From the NCBI GenBank assembly GCA_001949185.1, contig BDGG01000001.1:2497324-2561323 (forward strand): a stretch of 64,000 nt of DNA. The letters are read 5' to 3'. The translations under genes were made by a program, and so were the position numbers. The DNA is from Ramazzottius varieornatus. Taxonomy: Eukaryota; Animalia; Tardigrada. The notes beneath the pieces are model-generated. The model made no database searches. It was not told the origin of the DNA and was given only the letters and a program-made list of their open reading frames with translations. Shown piece after piece: positions 14,871 through 24,433 of the stretch (within the stretch, counting starts at the first letter, position 1; every line of letters begins with the position of its first letter).

Positions 14871-15646
14871 ATGATTTCCTGGCTGTTTAGGTAGCCGAGA
14901 TGAATTCGGAGGAACGAAAGCTCCGATGGTCCGCGCATAATGCGGTATGGTAGGGTTTTCTGGACAGACACTTTATTGGATTCCAGCCACACCGATAATA
15001 TTATGCACGATCATACCCCACTTCATACACATCCTCACATCGAATAAACATACTTTTTTCCAGGCCCCCTTCATGATCAAGTCCAAACCCAAGTATGCCG
15101 TTTCTTTTCTTTTGATGAGGGAATATTTCGACATGTTTGACGTGTTGACTCCATGACCCAAAATCCGTTTCTTTTGGGGTCATACAACCGCTGGTAGAAT
15201 TGAACTTCAATACAGATCATACTTGGATGCACACATATCGTACTATCATGCGTGGTACTGTAACATTGCGTTGTACAGGTGGCCTTCTTTCATTATGAGC
15301 AGGTACTCCAAGAACCTAGGTAGCAGCGGTTTCTTCCTGTAGAAGTCAACAAGAGGATATTTCCACTTCCGGGTTGATTGACTTGTGGTGTGGACTTATT
15401 TTCACGTTTAATGATGGCCCTTCTTCTTCAGATGCTGTCATTTGTCCTCATTAGTTGTATGGGCCAATGGACCAAGCGCCTGCACGCCTATTTCGGAACC
15501 AGGAGCAGAACTGTGGAGGTGTCAAGACCGCCGGAAACGAGACCGCTGTCCCGCCGGAGATCTTCACCAACAAGTTCAAGAAGTCCATGTTCTGCAAGAA
15601 GCGCCACGCGCAGCTGAATTTGGGCAGTGTCAAACAGAAACCCTAA
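14871..15646 (+). pseudogene. Possible decayed multi-exon gene, family unknown
   Basis: Splice-like sites and coding-like codons (GQWTKRLHAYFG; PPEIFTNKFKKSMFCKKRH) lie in different frames, with stops between them. Confidence 0.3.
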
Positions 15647-16115
15647 ATCTCACAAAAAATCCGAGAACCGTTTTTCTTATCCCATCTTGTAGAGAAAACA
15701 TCCTCATTAGACCCTGAAAATGCCGCGAAAGGCAGCCAACAAGAAATTTAGCAATCAAATTTCGAGGTTTGGCTACATAATGTTGCAGACCCGGTGGTCG
15801 AAAAACGAACAGTCGATATCTGAAAAATGTAAATAAATTCGAGATTTAGGGTTTCTGTTCGACGCTGACAACTTAATCGATCGATGAGTATGGATTTCTA
15901 TTTCGGTTTGTGAATATCCACGATATATCGAGTAATCATGAAAAGCATTTCGAACTTCAGGCTGGTGTAGTTCCAACTTCGCGCATTGATGATTGATGAA
16001 TGGCCAGCCAAATCGCGCTCGTTTCTTTTCAAGTTTACCATCGGAACTGCATGCTTGACAGGAGCACAGTCTCACCGGACTGTAATAATTGGTGCACGAA
16101 CAGCAGTAGTGTACT

Positions 16116-16952
16116 TCACGAAAGGGTTACGGCAAGGACAACTATCAGAATTATGACAACCAGAATAAAAGGGCAGCTGTAAAAGATGATCCGATTCCGT
16201 CTGCTGTTCAAGGGGAAATTCCTCGCCATCCATGCGCCGAAGGTTCCTTGATTCCTCCTGTTGGCATTCTTGCTCAAACCCATTTCCGCAGTCCCATCCT
16301 TCACCGCCGCGGCTTTCTGATAAACCTCCACCAAATCATCATCATCGTCCTCTGCGAACTGCTGATTCCTCTTCATCTCATGAAGACTGACTCGATTGGG
16401 TTCGCCGGGTGACTTGGGTAAGGTAGGTTGCCGCATGGACTCCATGGCTTCTTGATTTGCCGAACTATATCCCAGATTTTCTTTCTCCACTTCGTAACGC
16501 CGTTTCGAGGTTCCTCGTTCACCGTACAATCCACTAATCACAGCAGAAGGTTCCGCCGAAGGATCTCCCTTGATCAAGTAAGCAAAGATTTTCTTGTGGG
16601 CATTCAGGCCTTGCTGATGGTTGTCAATAATCTTCTTCCGAGAAGCTAGTTCCTGATAGCTGAGCTTGAGGTTTTTCGCGTTGGAGCTCTGGATAGCTAG
16701 CGTTTCGGCTAGTTCCTTCAGCTGATGTTCCAGTTCTCCGATAATCTTGACGATTTCTTGGGCCAAAGCTTTGTCAAAAGTCGGCGTTTCGTCTTCATCA
16801 TGGTCGACGGTAGTAGGTGATGTGGGGCGTGATCGGCCAACAGCGCCAGCATCACTGGTGGCGCGTAACTTGTGAACACAGTCAGAAAGTCTTGACAGGT
16901 TGTGTTTGATCTCTCCGCGACTAATGTAGAAGGCATCCGGTCGCGAGGCCAT
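16116..16952 (-). CDS. Syntaxin-6/10-like tail-anchored protein, intronless CDS, truncated SNARE motif
   Basis: N-terminus DAFYISRGEI...ELEHQLKELAETLAIQSSNAKNLKLSYQELASRKKII resembles the syntaxin-6 N-terminal domain (DPFFVVKGEV...[33 protein letters not shown]). C-terminal transmembrane segment FILVVIILIVVLAVTLS. Confidence 0.7.
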   Translation of the reverse strand: MASRPDAFYISRGEIKHNLSRLSDCVHKLRATSDAGAVGRSRPTSPTTVDHDEDETPTFDKALAQEIVKIIGELEHQLKELAETLAIQSSNAKNLKLSYQELASRKKIIDNHQQGLNAHKKIFAYLIKGDPSAEPSAVISGLYGERGTSKRRYEVEKENLGYSSANQEAMESMRQPTLPKSPGEPNRVSLHEMKRNQQFAEDDDDDLVEVYQKAAAVKDGTAEMGLSKNANRRNQGTFGAWMARNFPLNSRRNRIIFYSCPFILVVIILIVVLAVTLS

Positions 16953-17574
16953 CGTCGATGGCTGGGCTCTTAGTCAGAGAGAGAAGAATCCAAACACGCT
17001 ACATGGGCACTAAAAAGGCCAGTATCTCGGGGTTTATTGGCTTGGCCAAGTACTGAATTCTCACGCTCATTCATTATTATGGCCAACGATGAAACTGTAA
17101 CGAAAACAGGCAGCCACAAAATCATACTTTCGCTTGTATTCTGTTTATAGGTTTGTCTACATGTGAAGTCGGCCAAAGGTGATGATAAGCAGCAATGTCA
17201 ATATGCCTTATCGTCGGTGGGAGATTGTGTGCAAATTTGTAGGAGCACCTGTGGATAAGGTAATATTCGCTTCATGCATGAGTTCCCCTCGCAGTGTACT
17301 GTAAGCTCTTATTTTGATAAGCTTGATTTTGTGGTTGATTTTCGACTGTCTAAAATAGACGGTGAAAAATATCTCCATCGGGGCTTTCAAGGCAGCCTAA
17401 AAAAGCGGTCAAATGTTTAGAAAGATCTTTGTAAGCAAGAACAACATGAGCCAGAAAACTAGGTAGGGTGACAGCTTCATGGCTACTGATTTTTTATTGT
17501 ACAGATTGTTTGTGCATGTGAGAGAATCATAACGTCTATAGTGCAACAACAAAAAGACATAAAATAAGAATGGT

Positions 17575-18466
17575 TTAACAACATTTTCCGCCCTGTGCAG
17601 GTGCGGGCCCACCCTGCCCAACCGGTGTGGAAGGTCCAATACGTGTAGCCGTATGAAACTGATTAGTCATTTCCTTAGCGGCGATCCCCTTATATATTTC
17701 CGTTAGGACATTCTGAAATGCGTGATCTATATTCGTAGCCTCGAGCGCCGAGGTTTCCATGAAAGAAATCTGCTCCGATTCTGAAAAGCAGCCAGACAGT
17801 CGCAGGACATCCTAATGGACAGAAAACCCACCTTTCTTACCAGCATAGGCCTTCGCCTCCTCAACCTGAACAGCTCGAAGATGCCGAAGATCACTTTTAT
17901 TTCCAATAAGCATGATGACAACTTTGCCTTCCGTGTGTTCTTTCAGTTCCCTTAGCCACTTGCGACAATTATCGTATGAAGCATGTTTTGTTATATCATA
18001 GACGACCAACGCACCCAAGGCTCCCCGATAATACCTGTACACCGCAGACATAAAAATTCGTACCTTAGCGAAACAGTCCTGCATGAAGACAGTTTTGAAC
18101 TCAAAACTTACGCTGAACCAATGGCACGATACCGCTCCTGTCCGGCAGTGTCCCAACACTGGGCTTTGACCACCTTCCCGTCAATCTGCAGACTCCGAGT
18201 AGCGAACTCGACACCGATGGTACTTTTGCTGTCCAAGGTGAATTCGTTGCGGGCAAAACGGGACAAAATATTAGTTTTTCCAACTCCAGAATCGCCGACT
18301 AACACCACTAAAACCCATTGTATACATTCAAAACCCCGAGTGTCACTCTTAAAATTAATAAAATTGTTTCCGGAAGCAGAGTCAGCAAATTCTATGACAG
18401 CTCCACAGAGGGCACCACACACACCTTACCTTTAACTAGATAGTCGTAGTGGTCATCCCTTCCCAT
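17575..18466 (-). CDS. Rab11: Rab11-family GTPase, divergent, 4 coding exons
   Basis: [12 protein letters not shown]|[56 protein letters not shown]; C-terminal GGKCC prenylation site. Confidence 0.92.
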
Positions 18467-19495
18467 TATTTTCGAAGATGTCGTCGGGAATAAAACAAGG
18501 TTGTTCTCTGTATGGTATTACATGAGGTGGTATGCGACAGGTGGCTACGTTGCACCCCGGACAAGAACTAACTGATGACCACCCACTCTGTTTCATTGTG
18601 CAACTGATCCTTCCTCTGTTTCCGGTTGGCATGTTCGGGCAATGGCGGCAACTAGCAACAAGGGAGTCCTTTTTAATCTGCGAGCAACATCCCAAATCAA
18701 AAGATTCAGGCATACTACTGTACAACAAGATTTTCGGCTTAAGTCGCTTAACTGTGCCGATCGCGAGCAGAAAAATGATCTACACCTCGTATCCGGCAAG
18801 AATACCTATGAGTACCGGCAAATCTGTTCTACACATGATTTTCCGTTTGATATTTCTGACTGTGTCGCCGGTCAGAGTCGACTCTTCGTCAAACGTCGAC
18901 GACAAAAGTGATTTCAAGTTCAAGAAGAGAGGTGCCTGACCTACACAGCTCTGGGCCGCATAACAATTAGCGATCTTCTTCTGTGTGCATTAACGTGTCT
19001 TTGTGATTTCGAGAATAACACGTTGTCAGCTCACAAAACAATCCGTGCAATGATGACGGCTACTCTTCCGTGTTTCGCCGAGCGTACTTTGCATCGTCGG
19101 AGACTGTTGAAAACTCGGAAAATCTTAAACTTTGGATTTCTGGCGTCCTACCATCTCGTCTGAGCGATCCGGCCCGGAAGATGCAGATCACGGAGAGCCC
19201 GTTTTCTTTATCACTACACAAGCTCATGTTCAGTGTTTTTTTGCTGGAGCGTGCTTTCGCGGAGACGGAGTTTCATAAAGATACCGAGGAGAACTTTATT
19301 GCAAGATATAAACGGAATATTGAGAAGGATTTCTTCCCTCATAATTTCCGCCAGCCACGTAAGATAGCCAGTGCCAGTTTTTAAGCGTCGATACCATTTT
19401 TTCCGATAGTGGAACATTGTGAATTGTGATGATTTTCTTGGCAATTTTGAAAATCGGGCATGAAATATTGTTTCAGGGTTTCTGGATTTTTACAG

Positions 19496-21033
19496 CTGCG
19501 TCAGTTCGTCGGGTACCCTGGGTTTCTGCTTGCCGCAGCCTTACTGCTCGTACATGGTAGATGGCGGTGTTCTTGATCCAACTCCTACGAAAGGTTGTTC
19601 GCATACCATGCTGAGCGACTACGGATGCTGTACTCTTCCGTGTGGCGCCACCAACAGTGTTCCCGTCAGGTCAGCTGCCCTTTCCTCGTCTGTTCTTCCA
19701 GCTCCCGCTCAAGTATCTCCACAGCTTCCGCTTCAGCCTCCTTCGCCCGTGACTCCTCCACCTCCTATGATGACCACCACAACCACGACGACCACTACCG
19801 TGCAGAACATGCCTCCGTTGTTCTCGCCACCCATCACGTCTTCTCCAATTGACTTCCCGTTTTGCGGTAAACCTAACCCGAATTTCCAAGATGTCATTAG
19901 GAAAACGCCGGCGGATTCACAGCTTGCCCCTACTGGTCGATGGTGCTGGCAGGTAATTTTGCAACCGGTTAAAATGTCGTCAGCAGGAATCGATACCGTA
20001 CATAATGGGATATAGGACGAATATTTCGATTTAAACTTTGAATTTAAGCTTCATTTTTTATTCATCTTGTTTTTCTTTATGTTCTAGGTGGCTGTCATGG
20101 ACAGCAACTTAACGTTCAAGTGTGGAGGAACGTTGCTGAATTCGCGTCACGTCCTAACAGTGGCCCATTGCGTACAAAAGTCAGCGCCGTCTTCACTGCT
20201 GATCCGTTTAGGTGATACGAACTTACGGTCTTCCGATGACAATGAGGTAGCATAGTCAAGTGGTTTTTGTCCTGTAACCTCGTAAGATATTCATCGCTGC
20301 ATATTTGTAGGACCTTATTGACGTGAAAGTGTCGAGGATATTGATTCATCCGGGTTACACTGGCCAAAGTCCATTTCAGGTGCGCCACTGTGACACACTC
20401 GCTGACGCGCCATTATTCACTCTGATAAGGAACTCTGTGATTAACTCGACGAACTTTACAGAACAATCTGGCAGTTTTGACTTTGGACACTGAAGCACCC
20501 ATCAACCGCAACCGGATATGTTCTGTCTGCCTGCCCGCAGCGGGTGTGACTACCGAGTTCGAGAACCTTTTCGCAAAAGGCAGCCCCAATGGTCGGTGTA
20601 TCACCACGGGATATGGGAAGCTGGAAACACGGGACGAGTTCCCTTTGATGAGAATGAAGGAAGTGCCGGTGCCTCTCATTACTACCGAGCAGTGCTCGAA
20701 CACGCTGCAGGGTCTTCTCGGTGGAAGGTTCAGCCTGCCCGACACATTCTTGTGTGCAGGAGGTGAAGGATTGTCGGATGGTTGTGAGGTATGAGTAATG
20801 CTACTGTTGTGCATTCCTGGGATATTTGCCCTTGGTGTAACTCATCTCTTCGTTTGCAGTACGATGGCGGTGGTCCCTTGGTCTGCCCAGTGAACAATGG
20901 CGGGTCCACAACCTTCGTGCTTGCCGGTGTGGTCACATGGGGGATCGACTGTGCAAAGGTGGGTGTGCCGGGTGTGTACACACGTGTATCTAATTACACC
21001 AATTGGTTGCGGGATAACATCAGCACCATTTAA
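19496..21033 (+). CDS. Clip-domain serine protease homologue (masquerade/PPAF-like), non-catalytic; first exon not located
   Basis: Six-Cys clip-like domain ([17 protein letters not shown]...C...CC) followed by a Pro/Thr linker. Trypsin fold: CGGTLL, TVAHC, NNLAVL (Asp to Asn), YDGGGPLVC (Ser to Gly), [17 protein letters not shown]. Confidence 0.85.
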
Positions 21034-22100
21034 ATTTCCGGGAGAGTCTCTGCCTACTATCTGGCTTTCGCAAATTCTTCCAGACTTTTTCGGAGAACTT
21101 TGATTTACTACGCATCTGTCTTTGTTGGAGCTTTCCTCGTGGTATCAAGGACGAATAACTTTGTGCAAAATACTTCTGAATCAGAGGCAAGGTAATAAGA
21201 GGTGAATCGAAGATCGTTTTTTGAGTTTTCGGTGAAAATGGTGTATTACTGTATGTAGATGGGTGCAACAGTCTCAAGTATAACAGAGGTTGTCAGGTTC
21301 TGTGAGAGAAGATCGTTCTTGTTTGAAGAGCCCTCATTCGGGACATTTGATCGTATGATATGCAAACAAGCCTTGACTTTTTGTGAAGTAGAATCTCGTT
21401 AGATACCAGTGAGGAAGTCGTTGTTCTGTAGATTCCAACTATCGAAAGAACTGAGAACTGCTAGACGAGGAAGCTGAGATACAGGCACCACCGTACCGCG
21501 GTATGCCGGGCCGCTGGGCCCATGGGTATGTCTTGCAGTTGATGAATCCAATACGGTACGTGTACAGGCCGCGACAACTGACAAGCATGGTTTTGAAGGC
21601 CGTGGTCTAAGCGGAAAAGAGATTCACTGAAGAACCATTGAACTAGTCAACCTCGACCCGATCACTTTCATCTGTTATGTTTTGGTTTTGCAAGTGCGTA
21701 TCAAGCAAGTGATGTGCTCTGCTGCTTGACGAGGTTACTATCTTTAGTGGATATTGCGCCGATTGCAGAGTCAGCCATAAAGTAGAGTACCATCATTACG
21801 GCGGAAAATTCACTTCTCTACGCGAGGTGCTTTCCGTTCGCATATATACAGAAACAATCTCCACCATCTACTGTAGAACCGTTTTGCGTTAAATGAATCA
21901 TGTATCTTTTGCTTGTACAATGAATTCAATTTGGCTACTTTATGGTTCTCAGCATCCTCAAGTTGCGAGTGAAGGTTTGTAAACAAACGTGTCTTGCGGA
22001 ACAATAAAAAGTGCTAACTTGTTTTGGCCTTCGGTTAGGCATAACAAGACAAATAATGGATTCATGGTGTGCAGCGATCAGCAAAATATTCAATGTCGTA

Positions 22101-22245
22101 CACGCGCCTGACCTAACTCTTGGCATGGACAAAACAGTTGGCCGACGGCCGAAAGCGGCACTGGCCAGCTTGATCTAATGTGCGTTGCCACTTTCGGCCG
22201 TCTGCCAACTGTTTTGTCGATGGCAACAGTTAGGTCAGGGGCGTG
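22101..22245. mobile_element. Fold-back MITE with ~60-bp arms, TA-flanked (Tc1/mariner/pogo type)
   Basis: TA|CACGCGCCTGACCTAACT...CGGCCGAAAG / CTTTCGGCCG...AGTTAGGTCAGGGGCGTG|TA. Confidence 0.8.
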
Positions 22246-22820
22246 TACACAGCTAAGTGGGTCGTGCCAGGCAATCGAACGTGGTTCTTCGAAGGTTACA
22301 GCAGGTTCACCAGGTTCTATCAGTGAGACAGGCTACCCACTACTGTTGGATCTGATAGTGAACAAAGTTATCGGTACGCTGTAGTTCCGGAAGGAGTCTA
22401 CGACAATCTCGTCCATTTCCTTTTCCATTACTTCGGGTGACGCCCTCTGGGCTTGGTTCCTGGCTTTATGCGCTGCCGGAACGGTTAGATCCCAAACATG
22501 TTCTGGCGCACTAATTCTTTAATGGTTTAATTCACTTTTGCTGTGTTATACTGCAATGAACAAAGGCAAATTGTTTTCCGGTACAATACCATGTCAATTC
22601 CTGGCGAGGCAGTAATTAGCGGACTGGGTTTGTGGAGCCTCCATCACTTACAGTAGTAATACCCGCGCAAAGCTTCCGCGGGGAACGACCCCTGTCGCTA
22701 TTGATCGGGAAGATGAGTCGAAACTCGATAACACATTTCACACGTGATGTCGGTTGCGTACAAGGTTGCATCTCGAAGAGCGAGAAGAGCATACATCGGC
22801 GTTCTCAAATTTACCAAGTA

Positions 22821-23246
22821 CACGCACGACGAGATATAACGGGCCAGTAAAAATTACGGACCAGGCCTTTTCGCTACGGCGGCACGGGCAGGTGATTCTT
22901 GCTTCAGGTAAAAACCACATCGAAGGCTGCACTGCTGTACGTGCGTGCTGGATATTGGGCCGAGGAGCTAAAGCTTGTCATATTAATGTTATAGCAGTCA
23001 GATCTTCATTGTACCTTCAACAGTTCAAACTATTCCAAGGCTTCTCCGGCCGCCGGGGGAAAGTCGCCAGCAGCATAGAAGCGTTAGAGTGAAACAGCTG
23101 ATCAGCTGCTGACCACTGTCCATGACAATTTTCTACAGTTGAACTTTTTTATGTTATGTCATTTGTGCGAAATCTTTTTCTGACTTCCATAAAAATTGTA
23201 AATTTGCCGTCTTTCCCGCCTGGCCCGTAATATCTCGTCGGGCGTG
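22821..23246. mobile_element. Non-autonomous DNA transposon, ~27-bp TIRs, TA-flanked
   Basis: TA|CACGCACGACGAGATATAACGGGCCAG ... CTGGCCCGTAATATCTCGTCGGGCGTG|TA. Confidence 0.75.
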
Positions 23247-24433
23247 TACTAGCACGAGAGTCTGCAAGATGAGTGGTTCAACGTACAACGTCAACTGTTT
23301 CTCCACACAGCTGATTCCGCGGTAATCCGTACGTAGCTTCAGGCTTTGTAGTCATCGGTTGGGATTTTTTGCCCACTAGGTTGAGATAATCGGCAACGGG
23401 ATACAAATTTGAACTGTTGGGTCTACGCACGTTATTTTAATCGATACACTATCCAGAAAGAGCTGTAAACAGTAACTCGTTTATGGCAGGCGTTTTGGTA
23501 CCGATTGACGTACGAAAAATAGAGAGCGGCAGCGACTGATCCGAATGGGATACGGTACCTTAACATGACATGTCGTTACGACATGTCAACATATGTATAT
23601 AGCCCGTACAACATAGCAGAGTGAGCAGACGCTCGCAGGGGAAATGCCGCCAGTCGTTCCCGTTGCAGGCGATGCTTGTTTCAGTTGTCTGCCACATTTT
23701 GAAACTTTTTCTGTGGAATCGGATACTCATTCACCGACACCCGGAATAGCTCATATCTTCCCACTTGATCTTCTGTTCCCTGGACGTGGATTACTTTGGA
23801 ATACGCTAGTGCAATGGCAGCTTGACAGCTGAGCGGATTTCACACTGTTATCCCCGGCCAGGTTAATCTGCCTTGAAATGGCGTTAAGGCCTTCCAGATT
23901 GCTATCCTGAGGTCATTTATAATCTTTCTGATGTGAACAACCTCTCTGTGATGCTGGACACCAAAGAAAATCCATGAGTAAGTCTGTATGATTTTCAGAA
24001 GGAGTAAAGATCAAATTTCGGTGATGACCCGTTGTGAGTTATTCTTGATTGATTGGGTTTAGCGACGCCGATTATTCGGTAATTCAATTCAGTTATGATC
24101 GATGTTACAAATATCAGGTATTTTTTGTGGGCTTCCAGGACATGCTCGAGTTATGGCTTGTTTACTACCGCATTGATTTTCGTAAAGCAGGCATATGGAG
24201 GAATAATCGGGGTAGAGTTTGGAGTGGGACGAAGCGATGCGTGTGTTCGAGTGGCACAAAGTGTTTCGATCTGACGATGCATCGTATTTAACCGTCGGAT
24301 GCTTATTTACTTTGGATGCTGTTGCAGGTTATAGAGCAGTGCGAGAATCTGGAAGCTTGCTGGTGATCACCCGGAGACGGAGGAAAGAATTGGAGGCCAG
24401 CGTGAGTGGCCAAGGACACTCGGACGCACATGA

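Noticed and set aside
21598-21670. tRNA-like 5' end (GGCCGTGGTCTAAGCGG)
   Set aside because: No T-loop GTTCRA and no cloverleaf.
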